A DNA stretch of 63,867 nucleotides, the filler included, from Octopus bimaculoides (taxonomy: Eukaryota), in NCBI RefSeq assembly GCF_001194135.2. It is 4 parts of 3 records of this genome, joined end to end, with 100 filler letters (N's around TTAATTAATTAA, not from the genome) between each part and the next. Parts side by side here need not be neighbours in the genome. Positions count along the whole stretch, not along the records: positions 29,744 to 45,475 come from NC_068982.1; positions 45,576 to 52,895 come from NC_068982.1; positions 52,996 to 63,867 come from NC_068994.1; 1 more part is not named here. One strand, 5' to 3'. Both the position numbers and the translations under genes were made by a program. Each line of letters begins with the position of its first letter. Within the stretch, counting starts at the first letter, position 1. Shown here piece by piece: positions 41,501 to 53,039 of the stretch. The notes under the pieces are model-generated. The model was not told where the DNA came from and did not search any database. It saw only the letters and a list, made by a program, of their open reading frames with translations.

Positions 41501-41574
41501 ACCAGTTGTTCTATATGTAGACATCTTCCATCTTCTGTGACTCAGACTCAATAATACATACATACATTTACCCA

Positions 41575-42085
41575 ACCCTATTCCCCATTTCTGGGGGGAA
41601 GGAGCAGCCACAAAACACATACCAAACATTCCATTCATTTCCCAGCTCAAAGGGGCGAGCCCCGTCCTATGCTCGGGTCAAGGCATAGAACGCAATCCCC
41701 AATATCAGCTGCGGGGCCCGACAGCATATGCTGGTTTACCTCCTCCGCATCATGCTGGTTCCGTACACCTTTGAGCAACATCAAATTCACTCATCCGTCC
41801 ACAAATACTCTCCAAGCTTTCCTATCATTTATAAACGCTCTTACTTCTCTCACTTCAACATTTATAACCACCAAAGCTTTCTTCACTCCATCTACACAAA
41901 CCGAGGTCTACCTCTGGTTCTGTTGCCTGCCACTTCTGCCTTCATCACTCTCATTACCATCCGCTCCTCATCCATCCTCTCCAAGTGACCAAACCAAATC
42001 AACATTCGTCTATCAAGTTTGGTTGCTAGTTTTTCACTCATTCCTGCACGCCTTCGCACCTCCTCATTCCTCATTAATAATAGGA
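41575..42085 (-). mobile_element. RTE-type LINE 3' end (C-terminal ORF remnant plus 3' UTR)
   Basis: MRNEEVRRRAGMSEKLATKLDRRMLIWFGHLERMDEERMVMRVMKAEVAGNRTRGRPRFV*MEGVK matches the RTE hallmarks RNEEVR, L-WFGH--RM and R-RGRP--W---VK. Confidence 0.8.
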
Positions 42086-42764
42086 GCATAAAATATTCCA
42101 TTTGCTTAAAATCTCATAAAACGAATTTCTCTGACAAAAAGTATGTAAAATAAACAAAACAGTATTTTGTGGGATTGCTACAGAACACTGAAGAGCATCA
42201 TTCGAAGCTGTTGCCTCCTGATTTTCGAAAAACAGGTGCTTTAGCGACGAAACGCAGATTTTTTGGTGCATTGAAAGGAACATATCATTTGTTTGTTGTT
42301 CTCTACACTTTTAATCTCAGCGTCACACACCTCTTTATGTTCACGCTTGAAATTCTCCCAGAAGTCGACATTACATTTCATCCTTCTGTTTTAATCAACA
42401 AAATAAGAGCTAACTGTTGTTGCTGCTTCTATCTAGTCCTGTGTCTCATTACGCAAATATTATGAAATGTGTTCCGAACATGGTCAGCCATAATATTTTA
42501 TGCATCTAATACCAAATGTCGTAGATATTATTTAATCCTTCCATTCCTTTCTTTGAAAGAAAGGAATAAACTGATTAATCAGTTGAATCCCGTTCCACCT
42601 GGAAATATATGACAGTTGAAAGAATATTCTGACATAAAAAAAAACATTAAAAAAAGCAATTCTTATAATAGTATATATTGATTTCATACACCTCGGTTTA
42701 AATCGGTTTTCAATACTTCCATAAAAATGTCGAGTTTAAGTTTCAATAATTAAATGATTAGTAG

Positions 42765-42960
42765 ACTCGGTAGAGCAACCGTCAAGATGCATTGCTGTAT
42801 TAAGCTACATCCGTTTGTGTTCCGAGTTTAAATCATACCGAGGTCAATTTTGCCTTTCATCTATATAGAGGGCGATAAAACATAAATAACTGTAGTACTT
42901 TGATTTAGAATGAATTAACTCTACTATCTCCCAAAATTTCTGGTTTTGTACAAATGTTAA
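42765..42960 (+). mobile_element. Single copy of the ~190-bp SINE-like family
   Basis: ttccgagtttaaatcataccgaggtcaattttgcctttcatc...ctcccaaaatttctggttttgt is homologous to the units at 31 kb. Confidence 0.6.
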
Positions 42961-43505
42961 AATGTTAATAAATCGTCATATGTACGGATATTCAAAACAA
43001 TGCGTTGCACATATATACTTTATGCGTCCCGGCAAGGTCGAACTTGAATATGCCAATCAACGCTGTTCTGAACACTAATGAATTAAGTTTATTATGAACA
43101 TGTTGTGATGATGCTATGTATATGAGGCAGAGTGTGAATGATTTAACAACACCATGCAAATATTTAATTGTAACTTTTATTTCACTACAGGTTGGTTATG
43201 AATTAGGAAGTTTCCACAAGTCAACAGAATTGAAAGAATTATTCTGCAGCGTTCATAAATAGTTGATTACAAAAACTCTGTATTGAAGCTTGTCAAGACA
43301 GTTGAAGATATACACATTAGATTCATATCGGCCAACTGTAAGGACATATTCAAGTTGAGCAGGAGTCGCTAAAACAACTATTACAAATGGATCTGGATCG
43401 GAGGTTGCCACACAGAAGATGGTACTAATAACAGGCCTTTATATAACACATGTACCACCACATTCCAGAAAGATCTACAGTGATCTATCACATGAAGTCT
43501 GGCTG

Positions 43506-43520
43506 CTGATTGGCCAATAA
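43506..43520. promoter_or_regulatory. Candidate back-to-back CCAAT boxes (NF-Y type)
   Basis: ctgATTGGCCAATaa: CTGATTGGC on one strand overlaps GGCCAAT on the other, within non-repetitive sequence. Motif evidence only. Confidence 0.3.
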
Positions 43521-44012
43521 CACTGTCTGTTATGTGAACAAGGTTGTGCTATGTCGTTAACTTGAACTTCACAATCTGGCGACTCGGTTTCGAGTCTTGC
43601 TACAAACGCATATTCATCGTTAAGGAGCAGATGCTTTCCCGTGACGAATATAGCAACAACTAATATATCCAAGTTCGAATCTTCTGGAATGTATTAAGAA
43701 TAAACATGCACATCCTCGTTAGTATGTTAGATATCAAGAATTAGTAACAGAAACATCTAGAGAATGGCAAGAAAAACTACGACAATTCTTGCTGTAGAAA
43801 TGGCAGGCAAATATTTTGATAATGAGAATAAACACAGAGAATAAGAAAAAAGAAATATACTTGCTCAAATAAACGGAACATCAGAATTCCCCTTTACATA
43901 ACAGTAGTGAAAAAGGAGCAATCTTATACAAGACACCTTTCATTACACAAAACAGTAGATCATATTCCTCTCTTCTTTTCTCTCCTCACTCACCTGTCTA
44001 CCTGTACACACA

Positions 44013-44074
<62 letters not shown>

Positions 44075-44994
44075 NNNNNNNNNNGTAAGTAGAACGAAGC
44101 ATCCGAGTTAAATCCTATTACAGAGTGAAATAGGATGAGCATGAATACCAATCAACATCATATTCATCATCATCATCCTCATCATCGTCGTCGTCGTCGT
44201 CGTCGTCGTCATCATTATCGCCATCATCATCAGCAACATAATTATTCGTTGTTGCGGTTATTATTATTGTTAATGTTATATGTTGTTAATAATTGAAATA
44301 TTAAATTCAATGATATTGAAAATGATGATGACGATAATGATAATAATGATAATAAAGATGATGATGATTAATGGTGATGACGATGTGGAGGACGAAGATG
44401 AGGATGAGGACAAGGATGATAATCATGATCACGATCATGACAAAGGTGATGACTTATAACGATCATGAGGGTAATGCTAATGATAACGATGTTTATGATG
44501 ATGATGCTAATAATGATAGCCACAACAAATATGCAGTTTAATATAAGAACATGGTGCCAGATTTTTCTCACCTAATTGCTACTTATGTCGGCAAATTTTG
44601 GCAATTCTGAGGAATTCTTGCAAAAATAGATAAGAAAAGAGGTGCTAACACTGTTTACATATATATTAGTGAGTATTTATTGGTGTATACTTTTGCACAT
44701 ATCAACATTTGACTTGTCGCTATTCCATTTTTAGTTCATCGTATATAATCATATATANNNNNNNNNNNNNNNNNNNNNNNNNNNNNNNNNNNNNNNNNNN
44801 NNNNNNNNNNNNNNNNNNNNNNNNNNNNNNNNNNNNNNNNNNNNNNNNNNNNNNNNNNNNNNNNNNNNNNNNNNNNNNNNNNNNNNNNNNNNNNNNNNNN
44901 NNNNNNNNNNNNNNNNNNNNNNNNNNNNNNNNNNNNNNNNNNNNNNNNNNNNNNNNNNNNNNNNNNNNNNNNNNNNNNNNNNNNNNNNNNNNNN

Positions 44995-45042
<48 letters not shown>

Positions 45043-45232
45043 TGTATGTGTATGTGTGTGTAATATTAATTCGTCTATTTAGATGTAAACATATACATAT
45101 ATGAATATGAAGATAGGGAATGCAAACGTTTTTTTACATTTTTATGTGTACGTGTAGACACACACAAATATACGCACATACATATATACAATTATGTCTG
45201 CTTATATATGTAAATACACATGCACACACACA

Positions 45233-45282
<50 letters not shown>

Positions 45283-45418
45283 ATATATATGCATGCATGC
45301 GTGTGAGAGTATATATGCATATACAGAAATATATGTCCGAAGGCTAGGAAATAGTTTTATATTGCTGCACTCAGTTGTAATTACACCTCCGATGTAGACA
45401 CATCTACATAAATATGTA

Positions 45419-45475
<57 letters not shown>

Positions 45476-45575
45476 NNNNNNNNNNNNNNNNNNNNNNNNN
45501 NNNNNNNNNNNNNNNNNNNTTAATTAATTAANNNNNNNNNNNNNNNNNNNNNNNNNNNNNNNNNNNNNNNNNNNN
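45476..45575. other. Artificial scaffold-join linker N44-TTAATTAATTAA-N44
   Basis: Same exact 100-bp structure as at 29644. Confidence 0.9.
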
Positions 45576-46593
45576 ATATAGATATAGATATACATATATA
45601 TTCCTATATACATACATATATATATATATATATATATTCCTATATACATATATATATCATATCTATAAAAGCCGAGATGTGTGTGTGTGTACGTGATTGT
45701 ACTTTATGCAGGTCCACAAATTAGCACGCATGTCGCTCCAATTTTAGGAGGACATTGTTCATGACCCTATCTGCATTTATGCCAAATTTTTCTCAGAGGC
45801 ACCCTCGTATAGCTGTAAAAATCGATAAACTTTTACCAATTTTGAAGTTTGTTGACATGGCGAAGTCAAATCTGTGCGTACGCGCGTGAAGGAGAGAGAG
45901 AGAGACAGAGACAGACAGAAATAGTGTGTTTGTGACGGGAGAGTTACAGAGTGTTTGCTAGTATCTAACAAAAAAAAAAAAAAATGAAAAAGTGGAAGAG
46001 GGAGACAGAAAGCGTATTACGAATGAAAATGGAGGTAAGGAAGACAGAGTAAGTGTAAAATGTAAAATGCATTTTTTTTTCTTAAACATGAGATATAGTT
46101 TAAAATATACGATGTTTTTGAAAGACACTATATTCTATAATGAGATTATATATACTTTCTCACACAACAATTAAAATATATTTATTTTAAATCATACATC
46201 TTTCTCCCCACTCTCACACACACGCACATNNNNNNNNNNNNNNNNNNNNNNNNNNNNNNNNNNNNNNNNNNNNNNNNNNNNNNNNNNNNNNNNNNNNNNN
46301 NNNNNNNNNNNNNNNNNNNNNNNNNNNNNNNNNNNNNNNNNNNNNNNNNNNNNNNNNNNNNNNNNNNNNNNNNNNNNNNNNNNNNNNNNNNNNNNNNNNN
46401 NNNNNNNNNNNNNNNNNNNNNNNNNNNNNNNNNNNNNNNNNNNNNNNNNNNNNNNNNNNNNNNNNNNNNNNNNNNNNNNNNNNNNNNNNNNNNNNNNNNN
46501 NNNNNNNNNNNNNNNNNNNNNNNNNNNNNNNNNNNNNNNNNNNNNNNNNNNNNNNNNNNNNNNNNNNNNNNNNNNNNNNNNNNNNNNNNNNNN

Positions 46594-46898
46594 TGTTGGT
46601 AAGTTTTCCTAAGTTTCTCCAATCCACATCCCCAATGCAAACCTTCAGATCAACCTTCTCCTATGCAGATCTCTAATGCAACTTTAAAAAATAACAGTCA
46701 ATAAGTGGAAATAACCAATAAACTGATTCCTTATGGGATTTCCCAATCAAATTGCCAGCAAACCATTTTCAGCCAAACCAATTTCAACGGATTTCGCTCA
46801 AATCTGATGTCGATGTTACTTATTTTGGTTTGAAATAAAGCACTTGATCACTTAATAATCCTAGCTTAATCCCGAGCAGCGCCGGGCTATACTGCTAG
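46594..46898 (+). mobile_element. Helitron-like element, 3' end (5' part lost in the gap)
   Basis: Subterminal GC hairpin cccgagcagcgccggg (46871-46886), then CTAG (46895-46898) followed by T. Confidence 0.65.
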
Positions 46899-46934
46899 TA
46901 TATATTCCTATATATATATATATATATATACACA

Positions 46935-47486
46935 CACTGTGTCCCAAAAAGATGTACTCACTCTTTGACAGATGATTACTAATGTATTGCATTTTGTGAT
47001 GTATGGGCTTACCTCGATGCAACAAATCCAAACAAATGGATTGGGAGGAGAGGTAGCGTTGAATTTCCTGCACGTTCCCCAGACCTCACGCCAATGGATT
47101 TTTTTTTTATGGGGTCATCTGAAAAATAAGGTGTACACTGCAAAACCACTGACAATTGATGATTTGAAAAATGAAATTCGAATACAATGTCTTGCAATTC
47201 CAAATGAAATGTTTGGCAATGTTGTCGAATCCATTGTTGGATATTATCAGCTTTGTTTGTAAAATGAAGGAAAGCAGTTTGAACATTTGCGAACTCGCAA
47301 GAATGAGGGAGAACATTAAATAATTCCAAATGACAATAAATAATCGTTTCTACAACAATTTATTTTCCTGAATTTAAAATAACTCTTTTTAGGATTGTAT
47401 GTATATCAATAGACATCTACTTGAACACAAAATGCATGAGTACTGGGAAGTCAAAGAGTGAGTACATCTTTTTTGGGGACACCCTA
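46935..47486 (+). mobile_element. Internally deleted Tc1/mariner (DDxD class) element with TIRs, inserted in (TA)n
   Basis: ~35-bp TIRs tgtccc(c)aaaaa(a)gatgtactcactctttgac at both ends. The internal sequence reads KWIGRRGSVEFPARSPDLTPMDFF-LWGHLKNKVYTAKPLTIDDLKNEI...EGKQFEHL, with a +1 frameshift in a T10 run. Confidence 0.9.
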
Positions 47487-47518
47487 TATATATATATATA
47501 GATATATATATATATATA

Positions 47519-49138
47519 CTAGAAGAAATACCCAGCGTTGCCCGTGTTACATGCAATGGAAAAATTAGACTTTTCTGTTATATTTTCTCTAATGAACTGG
47601 AATACCTATGATTCGAATTTCATCAAAATTGCAGATGAGGGTTCTTTTCCTCTTTACACACCATAAAGAAATTCTAATCATGACACATGTATCCCATACT
47701 ACTGATATTTATGCGCAAATTCCAAAATTCCAGTCTTATGGAACCTGTTAAAAGGATTTTGCTCCTGAAAAATGGAGGTCATGGACCTCTAAAGTGTGGG
47801 AGTTAAGGCCCCTATTGGGGTTGGGTGTCTTAATGTCAACCAGAGAAGTTGAATTGTTGAGAATCTTTTTGACTTGGGTGTTATATCTATTGTTCAAATT
47901 TCTTAGAAATAGGAAATATATGTATGTCCACTGGGTTTGTAAAAGAGAGCAAAGCTACAGGAAACCAAAAGACAAATGATCACAATAAGCAGTCAGCTAC
48001 CCTACCCTAGTCATTACTACTCCCGAATATAGAATTCCTCATCATACAGGTGACAGGCACAGCCGTAAGATGCATTACAGATCTACAGCAATTGGAAGGG
48101 CGTGACCCAACTGAAATAAACATTAATAACTGTGTAACGTGGGGGCTAAGGGGAAATGAAAGTGTCTCCTCTGGAGTTTGCAAATGGCCACTATACCGAT
48201 AGGTAACTGGACAGAGTAAATTTCCAATCTATAAATGTCTTTGAATAACCAGTCATTCATCTGGGAAGGCCTTGAAATCAGTGTTACCACTTTGGGACTA
48301 TGTGTGACCCAGTGATAATAAAAAGACTCAAAGGAGGTCTGCAAGGAAATAACTTTACTCAACACTTTGCAACTGAATCAGTGGAGGCAAGGATGCCTCT
48401 CATTTACTTGGCAAAGTATGCTCTACATTGCAGAAATCACAATGTAAGTATATCTCAAATCAAACTCTTACACTTTTGTACCATTGAATTACAAATAATG
48501 CACATCCTACAGCTTCCAAGAGTACAACTGCATTTGTCTTTGCTTAGATAAAATGACTAAATTGTGAGTGTTAAGTCCCCACATCTAAGAAGATGAAATT
48601 TCATCTACCGCAAAAATATATGAATTTTCATAGGGGTTATGGCCCTTATGCATAGAATATAATTACCAAATTTCGTAAAGATCCATTCAGTACTTTTGAC
48701 CTAGTTTTGGATTATAAAAAGAATGACTAAAATTTGGGAGTTAAGGCCCCCATCAGGGGGTCTTAGAATCCTCATGAGAAGTGGAAAGTTTGAGAATACA
48801 TCTTGATGTGTGTCAATTACCCATAGTTGAAATTTCATCAACATCGAAAATGTATGAATTTTCATGGGGGTTCTGCCCCCTTTAAGCCATCTCAAATTCA
48901 AACCAAACATACTGCCTTATACCTGCCCTTATGCATCGAATCTAAGTTGCAAATATCATATCAAATATTAAATTCAGTAATTTTGGTCCATGAAATTGTA
49001 TGAAACACACAGCATTACTCTTCTTCATAGGCTTGGATTTTGTGTTCCAAATTTCATCAGGATCGGTGCAGTAGTTTTCAAATGTATAAGTAACACACAA
49101 ATACACATATACATACATGTATATGTGTTTGTGTGTAT

Positions 49139-49174
<36 letters not shown>

Positions 49175-49197
49175 TACAAAAAGATAGATTGATAGAT
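47519..49197 (-). mobile_element. ~1.7-kb non-autonomous Helitron-like element
   Basis: On the minus strand it ends with the hairpin cacgggcaacgctggg then CTAG/T at 47519. The probable TC start is near 49197. Several internal diverged aaatttcatc..gatc modules (47620, 48595, 48665, 48830, 49045) and no ORF. Confidence 0.6.
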
Positions 49198-49249
49198 ACA
49201 ACTTAGTGGGCAAAGAAAAATATGAGACACTGCCTAGTGCTTTTTTTTA

Positions 49250-49662
49250 TTTTGATAAGCCTGGTACTTATTCTACCAGTTTCTTCTTGTCAAACCAGTG
49301 AGTTATGGGGATGTAAATAAACGAACAGCAGTTGTGAAGCAGTGATGAAGGAGAAACACAGAGACAAAGACACACACATACACTTACATATTATACATAT
49401 ATATATATATAAATTTAAAGAATGGAGTAAATGCATATTATAACTGCATACTTTTATTCCGACATATGTTTCGAAGAATTACAATTTATGCAATCCATAG
49501 GAATCGGCGATGTTAAAAATGTAAACTTCTCAGNNNNNNNNNNCTTTGGTTCGTCTGAGGCTATAGCAGAAGACACATGCCAAGTCACCACACAGTGGGA
49601 CTGAACCCAGGACCATGTGTTTTGGAACCAAGTTTCTTACCACACAGCCACACCTGCACCTA
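49250..49662 (-). mobile_element. Major SINE copy interrupted by microsatellite, a PLE-like relic and a gap
   Basis: 49544-49662 is the reverse complement of the SINE head (cf. 51473-51590). 49250-49370 is the reverse complement of its 3' half. Confidence 0.7.
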
Positions 49663-49720
49663 TGTATGTGTGTGTGTGTATGTGTATGAGTTTATATATG
49701 TATGCATGTATATATGTGTG

Positions 49721-49765
<45 letters not shown>

Positions 49766-49907
49766 ATATTACATGTACATCTATATATAGACATCTACAC
49801 AGACATATGTACATCTATATCTATTTATATACATCTATACATATACAGCTATACATATACATGTATACATATACATCTATATATATACATGTATATATAT
49901 ATACATC

Positions 49908-51030
49908 TATGACGCATGTGTACGAACAGCCATGCTACATGGCAGTGAAACATGGGCCGTGACTGTTGCGGACATGCGTAAGCTCACAAGAAATGAAGCC
50001 AGTATGCTCCGATGGATGTGTAATGTCAGTGTGCATACTCGACAGAGTGTAAGTACCTTGAGAGAAAAGTTAGACATAAGAAGCATCAGTTGTGGTATGC
50101 AAGAGAGACAATCGCGCTGGTATGGACATGTGGCAAGAATAGATGAGGATAGCTGTGTGTGAAAATGTGCTACACCCTAGCAGTTGAGGGAACCTGTGGA
50201 AGAGGTAGACCTGGGATGAGGTGGTGAAGCATGACCTTCGAACTTTAGGCCTCACCGAGGCAATGACTAGTGACCGGGATTTCTGGAAATATGCAGTACG
50301 TGAGAAGTCCCGGCAAGCCAAGTGAGAGCATAATCTGTGGCCTCTGCCAGAAGTGTAGCCAGCTCACTTATTCGCATCTTTACGTCATTGGACACTAAAC
50401 TCTGCTTGCGATGACCTGTTGAGGCAAGTGAATTTGAAATCTGAAATCGAATTCGAAACAAATCCGACGACTGGCACCCATGCCAACCTCACCTTCATTG
50501 GACACTAAACTCTGCTTGCAAAGACCTGTTAGGGCAAGTGAAATCATAATCATAATTGAACCATATTCGATGACTGGACCTGCGCCAGTGGAGCACTAAC
50601 AGCACTGTCCGATCGTGTTCATTGCCAGAGCAGCTGTCTGGCTTCCATGCTAGTGGCCCATAAATAGCACCATTTGAGCGTGATCGTTACCAGCGTTGCC
50701 TTCTGGCACTTGTGTTGATGGCACGTTAAAAAATCATTCGAGCAAGGTCGTTGCCAGTGCTGCTGGACTGGCTGCCGTGCAGGTGGCATGTAAAAAACAC
50801 CATTTTGAGCGTGGCCGTTGCCAGTACCGTGTGACTGGCCCTCATGCCGGTGGCACGTAAAAGCACCCACTACACTCTTGGAGTGGTTGGTGTTAGGAAG
50901 GGTCTCCAGCTGTAGAAACTCTGCCAGATCAGATTGGAGCCTGCAGCAGCCTTCTGGCTTGCCAATCCTCAGTCAAATCGTCCAACCCATGCTAGTATGG
51001 AAAGCGGACGTTAAACAATGATGATGATGT
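49908..51030 (+). mobile_element. 5'-truncated RTE-type LINE with long 3' UTR and (ATG)n tail
   Basis: YDACVRTAMLHGSETWAV...RNEASMLRWMCNV...SRWYGHVARIDEDSCV*...GRGRP has one internal stop; the ORF ends at ~50325. The UTR has an internal duplication (cattggacactaaactctgcttgc, twice) and ends gttaaacaatgatgatgatg. Confidence 0.9.
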
Positions 51031-51151
51031 ATATGTATATATATGCATCTATATTCAGATGAATATGGTACTTAAGTTTAGGCACCAGAATTTGGTATGG
51101 TATACAGTTTCAAAATAAAGTGATCAAAATAAGCAACAAGGATATCCAAAA

Positions 51152-51460
51152 GTGGCCTAGTGGTTAGGGCAGCCAACTTGCGGTCGGAGGATCGCAGTTT
51201 TAATTCCCAGACCGGGCGTTGTGTGTGTTTATTGAGCGAAAACACCTAAAGCTCCATGAGGCTCCAGCAGGGGGTGGTGGCGACCCCTGTTGTACTCTTT
51301 CGCCCCCAACTTTCTCTCACTCTTTCGTCCTGTTTCTTGAATAAAGCTGTGATGGACCGGCATCCCGTCCAGCTGGGGGGGGGGGACACATACGCCATAG
51401 AAACTGGGAAACCGGGCCCATGAGCCTGACTAGGCTTTAAAAGGGTGCATAAATAAATAA
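51152..51460 (+). mobile_element. tRNA-headed SINE, tail type D
   Basis: Head ggcctagtggttaggg...ttaattcccagaccgggcgttgtg, a distinct GC-rich tail, and a (TAAA)n end. Confidence 0.7.
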
Positions 51461-51472
51461 ATATATATATAT

Positions 51473-51855
51473 GTAGGCATAGGCATGGCTGTGTGGTAAG
51501 AAGCTTCCTTACCAATCACATTGTTCTGGGCTGAGTCTCACTGCATGGCACCTTGGGCAAGTGTGTTCTACTATAGTTGGAGGCAGACTAAAGCCTTCTA
51601 ATTTTATTTGGTTGATAGAAACTGAAAGAAGCCCATCATATATTTTTGTGTGTTTGTGTTCGCCCCCCCCCCCCCAAGCAACACTTGACAACCGATGTCA
51701 ATGTGATTTTGTGCCGATAACTTAGCGGCTTGGCAAAAGAGACCGACAGAATAAGTACTAGGCTTACAAAGAATAAGTCCTGTGGTTGATTTACTCGACT
51801 AAAGTTGGTGCTCCAGCATGGCCACAGTCAGATGACTGAAACAAGTAAACAAATA
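51473..51855 (+). mobile_element. Full-length copy of the major ~380-bp SINE
   Basis: Head ggctgtgtggtaagaagctt..., ggcaccttgggcaagtg, a central (TG)-rich tract, and tail ggtgctccagcatggccacagtc-gatgactgaaacaagtaaa. At least four further homologous pieces occur in the window. Confidence 0.85.
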
Positions 51856-51939
51856 GAACAATATATACGCACAGACATACACAAGTTCCATCCTATCGCA
51901 TAGCATTTTCAACAATTGTTTGTTGTCATACTCAGATGA

Positions 51940-52120
51940 ACTTAAGTTATGTGAGTAAAACTGGGTTACAGTGAGAAACTGTGTTGCACTCCATGAGTGA
52001 CTTGCACCTGTAATTCAAAGGTACAGCTTATTGACATACTGTCATGCTGAGTCAGCCTGAAGCTTATGTTTAGGCTACATGTCTTTAGTATACTCAGTGA
52101 CTTACATGTTAATTTAAAGG
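51940..52120 (+). mobile_element. Highly diverged SINE related to tail type B
   Basis: ttgcacctgtaattcaaagg...ttgtgac/tgctga...cttacatgttaattt resembles the 22127-22440 tail. Confidence 0.35.
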
Positions 52121-52353
52121 TTATAGTTTAATTGATTGAAAAACTGAATTCTTATTGTCAAAGCTTGATGTAATAAACAAGAGTGCATTATTGATGAGTT
52201 GTATTCTTCAAAAATTGTTCAGAATTAATCCAAATATGTGAAATAGAATGCAGACAAAGAATGTTATTCTGTATAAAATAGTTATTTTTATGTTATCTCT
52301 ATAAATTTTCTTGCTAGCAATTAAAAATAATTATTACTTTCTATTTTTCCTAG

Positions 52354-52588
52354 TGGTTTTATTGGCTGCAGTTGGGCAATGCTGTTTGCTGCTTCTGGCT
52401 ATAAAGTTTCTATGTTTGATGTCAATCCTGATCAAGTGGCTAATGCTTTGGAAAATATCCTGTCTCAGCTAAAAAATCTAGATAAATTGGGCCTTTTACG
52501 TGGCACTCTATCAGTTGAAGAGCAATATCAACGCATATCAAAGACTGTGACTTTAGAAAGTTGCGTTATTGGTGCTGTTTATGTTCAG
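52354..52588 (+). CDS. CRYL1: Internal coding exon of lambda-crystallin homolog / L-gulonate 3-dehydrogenase (NAD-binding N-terminal region)
   Basis: Acceptor tttctatttttcctAG at 52353, donor GTataa at 52589, 235 nt, phase 2 to 0. It translates (S)GFIGCSWAMLFAASGYKVSMFDVNPDQVANALENILSQLKNLDKLGLLRGTLSVEEQYQRISKTVTLESCVIGAVYVQ, colinear without gaps with vertebrate CRYL1 [35 protein letters not shown]...GSLSVEEQLSLI...VEGAMHIQ. Confidence 0.93.
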
Positions 52589-52895
52589 GTATAAGATATA
52601 TTCATATGCATGCTTTTCTTCTTTTACTTTATTTTTGCCCAGATTTCTTACTTTCATCATAGTATTTTTGCATTAGTAAATATGTTCATTTTATTAAGAG
52701 CCCTCTCTACTCGCTGGCGGTACCTACCCACCACCACTACCCATTTTCCTTTATTCAAAAATTCTTATCGCTCCTTAAAATTATGGCTTTTAAGTGTTGA
52801 TTTCTCAGCCCAAGAATTACAGCGTGATGTGCTGCTTGACTGGTCCCCCCTCTCTCTCTCTCTCTCTCTCTCTTTATATATATATATGATGATGA

Positions 52896-52995
52896 NNNNN
52901 NNNNNNNNNNNNNNNNNNNNNNNNNNNNNNNNNNNNNNNTTAATTAATTAANNNNNNNNNNNNNNNNNNNNNNNNNNNNNNNNNNNNNNNNNNNN
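52896..52995. other. Artificial scaffold-join linker N44-TTAATTAATTAA-N44
   Basis: Same exact 100-bp structure as the other two. Confidence 0.9.

Positions 52996-53039
<44 letters not shown>

Noticed and set aside
45830-45860. Minus-strand gccATG...ATTG/gtaaaa as a possible CRYL1 first exon (MSTNFKI)
   Set aside because: Wrong strand and wrong phase for the exon at 52354, and it lacks the required ...GS ending.
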